Assembly: GCA_027490225.1 (NCBI GenBank)
Contig: JAIXYK010000006.1
Span: 1,304 to 65,303 of the forward strand
Length of the DNA stretch: 64,000 bases
Source of the DNA: Bacteroidota bacterium
Lineage (GTDB): Bacteria; Bacteroidota; Bacteroidia; M30B66
Direction: 5' to 3'
In this document: positions 31,458 to 41,664 of the stretch, piece by piece
How positions within the stretch are numbered: position 1 is the stretch's first letter
How the letters are laid out: each line of letters begins with the position of its first letter
The notes under the pieces: model-generated
What the model was told of the DNA's origin: nothing
Seen by the model: the letters and a program-made list of their open reading frames with translations, nothing else
Databases searched by the model: none
Made by a program: the position numbers and the translations under genes

Positions 31458-34227
31458 TCACCACATTCACCATTCTTCCTGGAACCACAATTACTTTTTT
31501 GGGAGTTGTTCCTTCCAGCCATTTTTCAGCATCTGGATGTTGTAAGGCAAGGGTTTGAACTTCTGTATGCGGCATATCTGCGGCAACATTCAATTGGTAA
31601 CGAACCTTTCCATTAAATGCAACTGGATAAGCAATTGAACTTTCCTTGATAAATGATTCATTGAATTGCGGAAATGCAGCATTAAAAATGGTTTCCTTTT
31701 CTCCAATGGCAGCCCATAATTCCTCTGAAATATGCGGAGCAAACGGTGCGATGGCAATTAACAAATCGCGCAATGCTGATTTATTGCTGCATTTCTCATC
31801 ATTCAACTCATTTACACATATCATAAAAGAACTTACGGAGGTATTGAATGAGAATTTCTCAATGTCTTCCTCAATTTTCTTTAGGGTTTTATGCAGCGTG
31901 CGTAAAGCTTTTTCCGATGCAGGAACATCATTCACTTTTAATGTTCCATTGTCGTTATAAAACATTCGCCATAATTTATTCAAGAAACGGTACACACCTT
32001 CAATTCCATTGGTATTCCAAGGTTTCGATTGTTCCAATGGACCGAGAAACATCTCATACAAACGCAAGGTATCGGCTCCGTATTCGTTAATAATATCGTC
32101 GGGGTTTACTACATTGTATTTGGATTTGGACATTTTTTCGACTTCAACCCCGCACACATAATTGCCTTCTGCATTCAGCACAAACTCAGCTTCGCTATTT
32201 TCGCTTCTGTATTTTTTAAACGCGTTTGTATTCAAAATATCATTCTGCACAATATTCACATCCACATGTAGTTGAACAATTTTTTCATTTTTATAATTAT
32301 CTAATACATCTTTAGAAATGAAGGTATTCGTTCCTACTATTTGGTAAACAAAATTCGATCTCCCCAAAATCATCCCCTGATTTACCAATTTCTTAAATGG
32401 TTCAATTTTAGAAACATGGCCACGGTCGAACAAGAATTTCTGCCAGAAACGGGCGTACAACAAATGCCCTACGGCGTGTTCGGTTCCACCAATGTATAAA
32501 TCTACGTCTTGCCAATAGCTTTCGGCTTCTTTGCCTACAAAAGTTCCATCGTTTTGAGGATCCATATACCTCAGGAAATACCAAGAAGAACCTGCATAAC
32601 CAGGCATGGTGTCGGTTTCGCGTTTTCCATCAGTCGTGTTTACCCACTCTGTTGCTTTTACCAAAGGACTTTCGGGTTTTCCGGTTGGCTTGAAATCTTC
32701 CATCACAGGCAAATGCAATGGCAATTCTACTTCAGAAATGGCGTAAGGCTGGTCGTTTTTGTAAATAATCGGAAATGGTTCGCCCCAGTAACGCTGTCTG
32801 CTAAAACCTGCATCACGCAATCGGAAATTCACTTTACCCATTCCCAAACCTCTTTCTTCGATGGCTACAATGGCTTTCTTCATCGCCTCGTATCCAGTTA
32901 AACCATTCAGAAAATCTGAATTTATCATCTGCGCTTCCTTTGTAGGATTTGCAGCTTCTGAAATGTCAATGTCTTTGTTGATGGGCGTGATGGGTAAATT
33001 GAAATGCTTTGCAAAATCCCAATCGCGCTGGTCACCAGCAGGAACAGCCATTACAGCACCTGTTCCGTATCCAGCTAACACGTAATCTCCAATCCACACT
33101 GGAATTTTATTTCCAGAAAAAGGATGTATCACATAAGCTCCAGTAAATTCACCAGAAATGCGTTTCACATCGGCCATACGTTCGCGTTCGCTTCGGTTTT
33201 TAGCGGTATTGATGTAACTTTCAACCTTGTCTTTACATTCAGCAGTAGTAATTTTTGCAACCAGCTCATGTTCGGGAGCCAAGGTTAAAAAATCAACTCC
33301 AAAAATAGTATCTGGACGTGTAGTAAAAACTTCAATGAATTCTGGATGATTTTCTAATTGAAAACGAATGCTTGCTCCTTCCGATTTTCCAATCCAGTTA
33401 CGCTGCATTTCCTTCATAGAATCGCTCCACTCCAAGGTATTCAAATCGTTGAGCAATCTTTCGGCATAAGCTGTGATGCGCAAAAACCATTGGCGCATTT
33501 GTCTTTTCTCAACTGGAAAGCCTCCACGCTCACTAAACCCATCTTTTACCTCATCATTGGCCAATACAGTTCCTAAACCTTCACACCAGTTTACAGTGCT
33601 GAAAGCTTGATAAGCCAAGCGAAATTGCATTAATACGGTTCTTTGTTTTTCAACTGAGAACTCGTTCCATTGTTGCGCAGTAAAACTCTCAATTTCTTCT
33701 AATTTGGAAGAAATGCCCTCTGTTCCGTTCTTCTCAAAATGTGCAATTAAGGTAGCAATCGGCTGTGCTTTTTGCGCATTTTCGTTGTACCAAGAATCGA
33801 ACAATTGCAGGAAAATCCATTGTGTCCATTTGTAATAATTAGGTTCTGAAGTATTTACTTCACGGCTCCAATCGTAACAAAATCCAATATTGTTAAGCTG
33901 TTCCTTATATCTGGCAATATTTTCTGCGGAAGTATCAGCAGGGTGGCGACCAGTTTGAATGGCGTATTGTTCGGCTGGTAAACCAAATGCATCAAAACCC
34001 ATCGGGTGTAGCACATTAAAGCCCTTCAATCTTTTGTAGCGCGAAACAATATCCGAAGCAATATAACCTAATGGATGGCCCACATGCAAACCCGCACCAG
34101 ACGGATATGGAAACATATCTAAGACATAAAACTTAGGCTTTGTAGTATCAATTTTGGTTTTGTAAACCTGATTTTCTTGCCAGTACTTTTGCCATTTCTG
34201 TTCTATCTCGGTAAAATTGGGTTCCAT
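31453..34227 (-). CDS. leuS: Leucine--tRNA ligase
   Basis: The class I aaRS motifs are present (HVGHPLGY as the HIGH motif and KMSKS). The start was set at MEPNFTEIEQKWQKYWQ (ATG at 34227) rather than the upstream extension. Confidence 0.95.
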   Translation of the reverse strand: MEPNFTEIEQKWQKYWQENQVYKTKIDTTKPKFYVLDMFPYPSGAGLHVGHPLGYIASDIVSRYKRLKGFNVLHPMGFDAFGLPAEQYAIQTGRHPADTSAENIARYKEQLNNIGFCYDWSREVNTSEPNYYKWTQWIFLQLFDSWYNENAQKAQPIATLIAHFEKNGTEGISSKLEEIESFTAQQWNEFSVEKQRTVLMQFRLAYQAFSTVNWCEGLGTVLANDEVKDGFSERGGFPVEKRQMRQWFLRITAYAERLLNDLNTLEWSDSMKEMQRNWIGKSEGASIRFQLENHPEFIEVFTTRPDTIFGVDFLTLAPEHELVAKITTAECKDKVESYINTAKNRSERERMADVKRISGEFTGAYVIHPFSGNKIPVWIGDYVLAGYGTGAVMAVPAGDQRDWDFAKHFNLPITPINKDIDISEAANPTKEAQMINSDFLNGLTGYEAMKKAIVAIEERGLGMGKVNFRLRDAGFSRQRYWGEPFPIIYKNDQPYAISEVELPLHLPVMEDFKPTGKPESPLVKATEWVNTTDGKRETDTMPGYAGSSWYFLRYMDPQNDGTFVGKEAESYWQDVDLYIGGTEHAVGHLLYARFWQKFLFDRGHVSKIEPFKKLVNQGMILGRSNFVYQIVGTNTFISKDVLDNYKNEKIVQLHVDVNIVQNDILNTNAFKKYRSENSEAEFVLNAEGNYVCGVEVEKMSKSKYNVVNPDDIINEYGADTLRLYEMFLGPLEQSKPWNTNGIEGVYRFLNKLWRMFYNDNGTLKVNDVPASEKALRTLHKTLKKIEEDIEKFSFNTSVSSFMICVNELNDEKCSNKSALRDLLIAIAPFAPHISEELWAAIGEKETIFNAAFPQFNESFIKESSIAYPVAFNGKVRYQLNVAADMPHTEVQTLALQHPDAEKWLEGTTPKKVIVVPGRMVNVVI

Positions 34228-34297
34228 GGGTGTTATTAAATTTCGCGCGAAGGTACAAAAAGAGGGGAAAAATGATGTTATATTTGCGCCAATCAAC

Positions 34298-35173
34298 ATG
34301 GCGAATACAGACAGTACATTTAACAAAAGGCGTTTAAGGACATCTTACATTACATCGGTGGTAAGTTTGGCAATGGTTCTTTTTATGCTGGGAATGTTAG
34401 GTCTTTTATTAGTGAATGCTAAAAAGCTATCAGACACTACAAAAGAATCATTTACAGTTTCTATCTTTTTTAAAGATTCTGTGAACGATGCACAAATACT
34501 CGCATTTCAGAATGAATTAAATGCTGCGCCATACACACGTTCTACCGTTTTTACAGATAAAACAACAGCTGCTAAAGAATTTCAAGAGCAACTAGGTGAG
34601 GACTTTGTTGACTTTTTAGGGTACAATCCCCTGCCCGCTTCTATTGATGTAAATTTTAAAACGGATTATACCGACCAAAAGAAATTCAATGAGATTGAAC
34701 AAACTTGGTTACGAAATCCTATGGTAGAAAAGATTGATTATCCTCGAAATCTAATCAACCAGATTGCAGAAAATATGCGTAAATTAAGTTGGTTTTTTCT
34801 GGCTTTTTCAGCAGTTCTGCTTTTCATTGCTGTTACACTTATCAACAACACCATTCGTTTGGCAATATATTCCAAGCGCTTTTTAATTAAAACCATGCAA
34901 TTGGTTGGTGCAAAGAAAAGTTTTATCCGTGCTCCTTTCCTTACTACCAGCTTATTACAAGGCTTTTTGGGAAGTTTGGTTGCCATCGGATTATTGACAG
35001 GCGTTTTAGCATTCGCAGAACATAAAATTCCCGATTTAAAGAGCATTCGCGACATTCAATTGCTTGCTATTCTTGGGGGAGCAATCCTTTTTGCAGGCGT
35101 GTTTTTATCATTTATTTGTACTTTCTTTGCTGTAAGAAAATACCTCAACCTCAACACCGATTCACTTTACTAA
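34298..35173 (+). CDS. ftsX: Cell division protein FtsX-like permease
   Basis: There are four C-terminal TM segments, one N-terminal TM segment and a periplasmic domain. It is syntenic with DUF3098-uppP-truB. The start was set at MANTDSTFNKRRL. Confidence 0.75.
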   Translation: MANTDSTFNKRRLRTSYITSVVSLAMVLFMLGMLGLLLVNAKKLSDTTKESFTVSIFFKDSVNDAQILAFQNELNAAPYTRSTVFTDKTTAAKEFQEQLGEDFVDFLGYNPLPASIDVNFKTDYTDQKKFNEIEQTWLRNPMVEKIDYPRNLINQIAENMRKLSWFFLAFSAVLLFIAVTLINNTIRLAIYSKRFLIKTMQLVGAKKSFIRAPFLTTSLLQGFLGSLVAIGLLTGVLAFAEHKIPDLKSIRDIQLLAILGGAILFAGVFLSFICTFFAVRKYLNLNTDSLY

Positions 35174-35175
35174 TT

Positions 35176-35445
35176 ATGAGTACTGAAAAGAAACAAATTA
35201 CAGGTACCGAAAAGAGCAAAAACACTGAAGGATTTGCATTTGGTCCAATGAATTACCGATTATTGCTTATCGGTGTAGTGGTTATTTTGATTGGTTTTTT
35301 ATTAATGACAGGTGGAGGTTCTGATGATCCAAATGTATTTAATCCAGAAATTTTTAGCACTCAGAGAATCACAGTAGCGCCTATCGTTGTTATGATTGGT
35401 TTTATAATAGAAGTTGCTGCCATTCTTTATAAATCAAAAAAGTAA
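35176..35445 (+). CDS. DUF3098-family small membrane protein
   Basis: The 89-aa ORF has two TM segments. It sits between ftsX and uppP, as in conserved Bacteroidetes synteny. Confidence 0.55.
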   Translation: MSTEKKQITGTEKSKNTEGFAFGPMNYRLLLIGVVVILIGFLLMTGGGSDDPNVFNPEIFSTQRITVAPIVVMIGFIIEVAAILYKSKK

Positions 35446-35451
35446 TTTATA

Positions 35452-36291
35452 ATGACCTGGTTTGAAGCCTTCATCATTGCTGTGGTGGAAGGACTTACAG
35501 AGTTTTTACCCGTTTCTTCTACTGGCCACATGGTCATAGCACAAGCCATTTTAGGCGTAAAATCTGATGAGTTTGTTAAACTATTTACCGTCAATATTCA
35601 GTTTGGAGCCATTCTTTCTGTGTTGGTTTTGTATTGGAAGCGTTTTTTAAAAGACCTTCCCTTTTACTATAAACTTTTAGTAGCTTTTATTCCAGCAGCA
35701 GTTTTTGGATTGTTATTAGGAGATGTGATTGATGCTGCGTTGGAAAGCCCTTTGGTTGTGGCGATTATGCTGGTTTTAGGCGGTATTGTTTTATTGTTTG
35801 TAGATAAATGGTTTCAACACACGCCCAAGCAAGACGATACCGTTTTAGAAAACATCAATGCTTTAACAGACCCAAAAAAAGACGAAGACGACCATTTAAT
35901 AACTTACCCTAAAGCTTTCATAATTGGACTTTTTCAGTGTATCGCATTGATTCCGGGAGTTTCCAGAAGTGCTGCCACAATTATTGGAGGAATGTCACAA
36001 GGTTTAACACGGAAAAACGCAGCTGAATTTTCATTTTTCTTGGCTGTTCCTACAATGGCAGCAGCATCTGGTTACAAATTGCTGAAGGCAATGGATAATT
36101 TCCCTACAGATAAAATCAATATGCTTTTGTTTGGAAATGTGGTGGCTTTTGTGGTCGCACTCTTAGCCATTCGCTTTTTTATAAACTTCCTAACCCGTAA
36201 CGGTTTCAAGATTTTTGGGTACTACCGAATTATTGTAGGCTCAATTATTCTGTTGCTCATGGCTTTGGGAGTTAATCTTTCTATTGTATGA
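35452..36291 (+). CDS. uppP: Undecaprenyl-diphosphatase
   Basis: [16 protein letters not shown] and the [10 protein letters not shown] BacA motif are present. Confidence 0.9.
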   Translation: MTWFEAFIIAVVEGLTEFLPVSSTGHMVIAQAILGVKSDEFVKLFTVNIQFGAILSVLVLYWKRFLKDLPFYYKLLVAFIPAAVFGLLLGDVIDAALESPLVVAIMLVLGGIVLLFVDKWFQHTPKQDDTVLENINALTDPKKDEDDHLITYPKAFIIGLFQCIALIPGVSRSAATIIGGMSQGLTRKNAAEFSFFLAVPTMAAASGYKLLKAMDNFPTDKINMLLFGNVVAFVVALLAIRFFINFLTRNGFKIFGYYRIIVGSIILLLMALGVNLSIV

Positions 36292-37004
36292 TTTCTACCC
36301 CTTACCATGAAGGTAAATTATTGTTGTTGAACAAACCTCTTGGCTGGACATCTTTTGATGTGGTAAATAAAGTAAGGTATGCTTTAGAAGGTCATTTCAA
36401 ATTAAAGAGAATGAGCATAAAGGTTGGCCACGCCGGTACATTAGACCCATTGGCAACTGGATTAATGCTCATTTGTACAGGTAAAATGACCAAACAAGTA
36501 GAAGCAATATCAGGTTTGCCAAAAGTGTATACAGGAACCTTTGTTTTAGGAGCAACCACAGCATCTTTCGATTTAGAAAAACCAGTTGATGCAACATTTC
36601 CAACTGCGCATATTACCGAAGAAATGGTAAGAGAAGTTGCTAAGAATTTTATAGGAACCCATTACCAAGAACCACCAGTATTTTCAGCAAAAAGGGTAGA
36701 TGGAGAAAGAGCATATCTTGCTGCAAGACGCGGAGAAGAAATAAAAATGCGCAAAGCTGAAATAGACATTACCGCTTTTGAAATCACGCGCATTGCTTTG
36801 CCGGAAGTAGATTTTAAAGTAAGTTGCTCTAAAGGAACTTACATCAGGTCGCTTGCCCGTGATTTTGGATTGGCTTTACAATCTGGCGGATATTTATCAA
36901 AACTAGAAAGGACAGAAATTGGGCAATATTTATTGGTAAATGCTCAGACTGTAGACGATTTAATAAAAGATATTAGGGAAACGCCTTTGGCGGCAACTGA
37001 GTAA
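36288..37004 (+). CDS. truB: tRNA pseudouridine(55) synthase
   Basis: [17 protein letters not shown] is the catalytic Asp motif. The protein is 238 aa. Confidence 0.9.
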   Translation: MISTPYHEGKLLLLNKPLGWTSFDVVNKVRYALEGHFKLKRMSIKVGHAGTLDPLATGLMLICTGKMTKQVEAISGLPKVYTGTFVLGATTASFDLEKPVDATFPTAHITEEMVREVAKNFIGTHYQEPPVFSAKRVDGERAYLAARRGEEIKMRKAEIDITAFEITRIALPEVDFKVSCSKGTYIRSLARDFGLALQSGGYLSKLERTEIGQYLLVNAQTVDDLIKDIRETPLAATE

Positions 37005-37040
37005 AATAAAAAAGCCGCAACATTTTGAAATGCTGCGGCT
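37001..37040. repeat. 40-bp direct repeat copy 1: intrinsic terminator hairpin GCCGCAACATTTTGAAATGCTGCGGC after truB
   Basis: gtaaaataaaaaagccgcaacattttgaaatgctgcggct is identical over 40 of 40 nt to 43019-43058. Confidence 0.9.
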
Positions 37041-37530
37041 GTAGAGATTTAAAACGCATTTATTATTTGCAGTAGAATCAATTGAATAATTAAATACTCT
37101 AGAAGTATATTTCTCCGATATGGTTTTTTTATTAATATAAATGTTCTAAAATAAAGATTTTTTAGGAAAATAAATCAAAAACAATAAGCCCTAAGGTAAG
37201 CCATTTTACTCAATAGTAATATTACTAAATCTAATTACGAACAAATTGATAACAATTGTCATAATTTGAATTATATTAGCTAGAATTGAAACATATTTGG
37301 AAGTGCACAACCAGTATAAAATTAAATCTTGGATTTCTTATTATAAATCGTACTTAAAACTTTTAAACATGAAAAAAATTAATCAATCATTGATACATTT
37401 TTTTGAATGTATCAATCAAAGTCAGCTTATTAATGTGTTTAGTGATTACCGTATTAACCTAGATCTCAAAAAAACCATTTCCAAATTTTCTATTAGCCCC
37501 AAGTTATGGGGGTGGGGGGTAATTAATTAC

Positions 37531-40500
37531 ATGTCAATGAATTATGTATTCTTGTTTATGCTACTTATAGTTAGCTTAACTGGATTTACACAAAATACTT
37601 GTTCTAATGCTCAGTTACCAAATACTCAGATTGTAAATACAACTAGCGATTATTGGTTTTTGAAACTACAAAGCTCTAAGCTTCGTGTTAAATACAATAA
37701 TACCAATAGGTTCAATAGATTATACCTATATAGCGATTGTAACACAAAGTTAGATTCAATCATAGGACAAGATTCTAGCAATTTCACTATTTACGACATT
37801 CCCAATGTAAGCAACGCAAACTTATGTCGGCTCTCTAATCCAAATAGTTTGCAACAATCTTTTCAAATTGCTGCACCGCAAACCTGTGAGCACTTTATTT
37901 ATGTTACTACACCAATCAGCGCTTCGGGGAACGGCTATTATTGTGTTACAAACCCAATAACATTAAGATTTTCTTGCGATGATGAAATTGAATTACAAAA
38001 TGGAACAGCGGGTCGAGTGCATTGGTTCATAACAGGGCCAAATGGCTTTTCAACTGAAATAGAATTTACTTCGCCTTCTGCTCCTAATTATCCACTAACC
38101 TATACATTTCCAGTTGCGGGTAGCTATATTATAGATTTTGCGTATGATGTTTATAATTATGTTACGGGGCAATGGGTAATTGCACAGATTCCAAATCAAA
38201 ATCCTTTTGTATTAAATTTAGCCGCTCCCCTTCCTCCTTTTAGTTTATCAGCGAGCGATTTAAATCCTTGCCCAGGTGAATTGGTTACTTTATCTGCAAA
38301 TTTGCCTACAGGAGTAACACCTCCTAATGTTAATATTTGTTGGAATCCGGGCGAAGAAAACTTCCCAGCAAATTGGCCGTTTAATATAGCTTGTACTCAA
38401 CTATATAACAACCAGCCCCAAACAATTCCGAACTTAATTTATGATAACTTTCCACATACAACTACTGTTACTTTCGATAACGGATGTATAGTCGAAAAAA
38501 CAATTACAGTAACTCCCAAAACTAACTTCGTAAACTTGCAAGCAATTAAATATTGTGGGTACAAGATAAAATACCAAGCAAATTTTACGGATTGTGCTTC
38601 TCCTAACTTCACCTATAATTGGTCTTTTCCTGGTGGAATCCCAAGCAATTCTACTGCTGTTTCTCCAATGGTTACTTATTCCAATAGTAACAGTTATTCT
38701 GCATCATTAACAATAACCAGCACATTAAATGGTTATCAATATGGTCCTTTCATAATTAACAATGTGGTTCCAACTTTGAATCTTACAACACAACCGCCAC
38801 CTCCTTTGGTTGCTATAAATGGAGTATTAGCCAATCAAAATCTATTGGAATGCAATGCTAACAATAATATTTTTAATATTACGAATGCAACAAGTTTTCC
38901 AGGTTATACTTATACCCTTTCTAATGTTACAGGAGGGAATTATTTAGCCGGAGGAGGAATATCTTGGGTAGTGCAATGGGACAATAACCCTAACACATTG
39001 AGTAGTTTCATTATAAATTCTACTTCTCCGGAAGGGTGCATAAGCACTCAACTTGTAAGATTTTTTCCTTGTTGTGGTTCTATGCAAACTTCAGAATTAA
39101 TTAATGGCGGTAACATTTCTACATGGTTAGCAGCTAATGGTATAACCAATGGAGTAGTAAATACTGGCAACAACGAACTTTTTATTAATGGGACTGTAAA
39201 TATTGACCAAGATGTTACCTTCCTTGGATGTCAGAATATATTAATGGGTGTAAATGCCAAACTTGATATTCAAAACAATAAACAATTAAGTATTGATAAT
39301 TCTACCCTAAAGGCTTGTGGTCAAGAACTTTGGGATGGAATTTATGCAGACAACCCATCAGAAAAAATCATTGTAAATAACTCGAATCTTTATGATGCAA
39401 AAACTGCTTTAAATATTAGTTCAAATGCTGATTACGATGTAAACGGTGGTAGATTTTATGACAATTGGGTAGGCATTTCATTCGCAGGTATGACCACACA
39501 AAGCACAACGGTAAGAAGTTCTATCTTTAGAACTACCAATATTATGAAAAGATCAGTAGGACAACCTTTGTTGTTAACGCATATAACATATCAAGGAGAT
39601 TTTAGTCCACAAAACAAAGGAACTGGAATTTACATGAGAAGTTGCATTGGCACTCAAATTGGCGATGGTACTTCTAGTAACTTAAGAAACGAGTTCAACG
39701 ATTTAAACTGTGGCATCTTTGGGTCTGCCTCCGATGCATTTGTTTACAACAACAAGTTTATAAACATAAACAATACCCTTCCACTCAATTATACTTTTTA
39801 CACACCAACAGCTATATATTTAAGATCTTGGTTTCAGCCTGAAACTCCACGTAACATGTTAATTGGCTCAGAATTAGAAAACCATGACAACGAATTTACC
39901 AATTGTACTTGGGGAATCTATGCCTTTGAATCAATGCGAGGAACAATTGCTGGAAATCAGTTTAATAACAATAACATTGGAATTTATTGGCAATTAAGCA
40001 GGGGTGGTAAAAATGTTATAGAATCGAACGAGATGAACTCTCAAAGCAAATATGGCATTTATTTAAACAACAACCCGAATAGCACTTTTAATGTAAAATC
40101 AAATAAAGTAACCTGCGTGCAAAATTCATCTACTTACATTAACACCTATGGAATTTTTGCATCAACAGGTACTATTAGTCAAGTACAAAATTACTATATT
40201 ACAAACAATGATGTAAACGATGCAAGTATTGGTATTAAGGTAAGTGGAACTCGTTCACCTAAAGTAAACCAAAACAGAGTAAGTAATTTTCCAGCCTCTT
40301 CTATAAGTGTATTAAATTATGAAATTGCAGGTATTCAGATAACCGCCTGTAGACAGCCTCAAATATTCGAAAACTTAGTACTTGGAAACGATGCTTTTAA
40401 TCCCAAAGTAAAAGGAATTGAAATTCAAGAATGTACCCGCCCTATATTGAGTTGTGACAGCGTAGTTACCTGCGGTTGGGCTTATGCCATTAGAGGTGCA

Positions 40501-41658
40501 AACACAAATACGTTTATTAAGAACTGCAGCGCTGGCAATAGTTTGTATGGTTATGTGTATTACAATGGTGGCTTAACAGGCCCAATAGGTGGGGGCACAA
40601 GTAATTTTGTAGAAGGCAACAAATGGTGGAACATTGCTGCAGGTCATACACTTACTACAAACCTAGGGGGAGGAGTTCCAACAAATGGTTCATTGAGCCC
40701 CTGGTTCTTACCAGGCACAAACCCTGATAATTCGGAAAATCCTAATCCGAATATGTTAAATGCTATCGGCTCTGGCTCTAATCAACTTTCAATTCAACAA
40801 TTGAATAATTTTAACTACCCAAACACTCCTTGCCAAGAAATAAATTATCCGTTTTACAGATTGATGCAAGAAAAAGAATGGCTCTATAAAGTAAAAAATG
40901 ACAGTGCGTTTATGAATGGCTTTGATGAAAATACAAAGTATTACTTAAAGGAGCAGGCTTTTGAAAGCTTGGTAGATGATTCCGCATATTGGGAATTTGA
41001 TGTAGAATTTGCAGCTTACTTAGATCAGCTAAAATTAGGAAATAGTGGTACTTTTGAAGCTGTAGCCAGCAGAGTAGATGCATCTGCTTATCTAAGTGCT
41101 GGAGTTAAGGAAGAATTAGATACGTTATTGGCTACCGTTTTACCTGTAAGGGTGCAAGAAAGTAATTTGGCCGCAGTGTTGAATATGTATCTAAACTCTT
41201 ATGCTATTGGCATAGATAGTTTTAATATTATCGATTTGTTATTTCTACAGAATATTGCCCAAACCTGCTATTTTCAAGGAGGTAAAGCCGTATTACTTGC
41301 TCGAAGCATGTTGAGTTCTTTACCAAACGCTTTACCTACAGAATATGCAGACAATTGTATTGCGCAATATGGCATGCAAAAAATAGGAAGTACAGCAGTT
41401 GATAGCAGCCTAAGATCGAATAAAACAATTCTTATTTACCCTAGCCCTATTCAGAAAGGAACAAATTTATTAATTGATAATGCAGAAGGTTACACATTGC
41501 AACTAAGTAACTTAATGGGGATAAGGCTGTTAGAAGAAACAATAAGAAACAACAAAGATGCTGTTGTGCTTCCAAGCAATATTGCAGCAGGTTTGTATAT
41601 CATTAAACTTACTTCTAACTTTGGAGAAACTAAAACACAGAAAATAATAATTCAATAA
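37531..41658 (+). CDS. Large secreted parallel beta-helix repeat / PKD-domain protein with a T9SS type-A C-terminal sorting domain
   Basis: The start was set at MSMNYVFLFMLLIVSLTGFTQ, a signal peptide; the upstream ORF extension from 37297 has no signal peptide and is AT-rich. A PKD-like segment is NFTYNWSFPGG...SASLTITS. Many PbH1-type beta-helix rungs follow (NNSNLYDAKTALNIS, GNQFNNNNIGIYW, SNEMNSQSKYGIYLNNN...). The C-terminus ILIYPSPIQKGTNLLI...AAGLYIIKLTSNFGETKTQKIIIQ matches Por_Secre_tail. Confidence 0.7.
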   Translation: MSMNYVFLFMLLIVSLTGFTQNTCSNAQLPNTQIVNTTSDYWFLKLQSSKLRVKYNNTNRFNRLYLYSDCNTKLDSIIGQDSSNFTIYDIPNVSNANLCRLSNPNSLQQSFQIAAPQTCEHFIYVTTPISASGNGYYCVTNPITLRFSCDDEIELQNGTAGRVHWFITGPNGFSTEIEFTSPSAPNYPLTYTFPVAGSYIIDFAYDVYNYVTGQWVIAQIPNQNPFVLNLAAPLPPFSLSASDLNPCPGELVTLSANLPTGVTPPNVNICWNPGEENFPANWPFNIACTQLYNNQPQTIPNLIYDNFPHTTTVTFDNGCIVEKTITVTPKTNFVNLQAIKYCGYKIKYQANFTDCASPNFTYNWSFPGGIPSNSTAVSPMVTYSNSNSYSASLTITSTLNGYQYGPFIINNVVPTLNLTTQPPPPLVAINGVLANQNLLECNANNNIFNITNATSFPGYTYTLSNVTGGNYLAGGGISWVVQWDNNPNTLSSFIINSTSPEGCISTQLVRFFPCCGSMQTSELINGGNISTWLAANGITNGVVNTGNNELFINGTVNIDQDVTFLGCQNILMGVNAKLDIQNNKQLSIDNSTLKACGQELWDGIYADNPSEKIIVNNSNLYDAKTALNISSNADYDVNGGRFYDNWVGISFAGMTTQSTTVRSSIFRTTNIMKRSVGQPLLLTHITYQGDFSPQNKGTGIYMRSCIGTQIGDGTSSNLRNEFNDLNCGIFGSASDAFVYNNKFININNTLPLNYTFYTPTAIYLRSWFQPETPRNMLIGSELENHDNEFTNCTWGIYAFESMRGTIAGNQFNNNNIGIYWQLSRGGKNVIESNEMNSQSKYGIYLNNNPNSTFNVKSNKVTCVQNSSTYINTYGIFASTGTISQVQNYYITNNDVNDASIGIKVSGTRSPKVNQNRVSNFPASSISVLNYEIAGIQITACRQPQIFENLVLGNDAFNPKVKGIEIQECTRPILSCDSVVTCGWAYAIRGANTNTFIKNCSAGNSLYGYVYYNGGLTGPIGGGTSNFVEGNKWWNIAAGHTLTTNLGGGVPTNGSLSPWFLPGTNPDNSENPNPNMLNAIGSGSNQLSIQQLNNFNYPNTPCQEINYPFYRLMQEKEWLYKVKNDSAFMNGFDENTKYYLKEQAFESLVDDSAYWEFDVEFAAYLDQLKLGNSGTFEAVASRVDASAYLSAGVKEELDTLLATVLPVRVQESNLAAVLNMYLNSYAIGIDSFNIIDLLFLQNIAQTCYFQGGKAVLLARSMLSSLPNALPTEYADNCIAQYGMQKIGSTAVDSSLRSNKTILIYPSPIQKGTNLLIDNAEGYTLQLSNLMGIRLLEETIRNNKDAVVLPSNIAAGLYIIKLTSNFGETKTQKIIIQ

Positions 41659-41664
41659 TCTTAA

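Noticed and set aside
34228-34326. 33-aa N-terminal extension of leuS and upstream extension of ftsX (34217)
   Set aside because: LeuRS orthologue N-termini begin at the MEPNF..KWQ motif. The two extensions would overlap each other on opposite strands.
37297-37530. N-terminal extension of the beta-helix cargo ORF (MEVHNQYKIK...)
   Set aside because: It is AT-rich, lacks a signal peptide, and would bury the true signal peptide 80 residues inside the protein.
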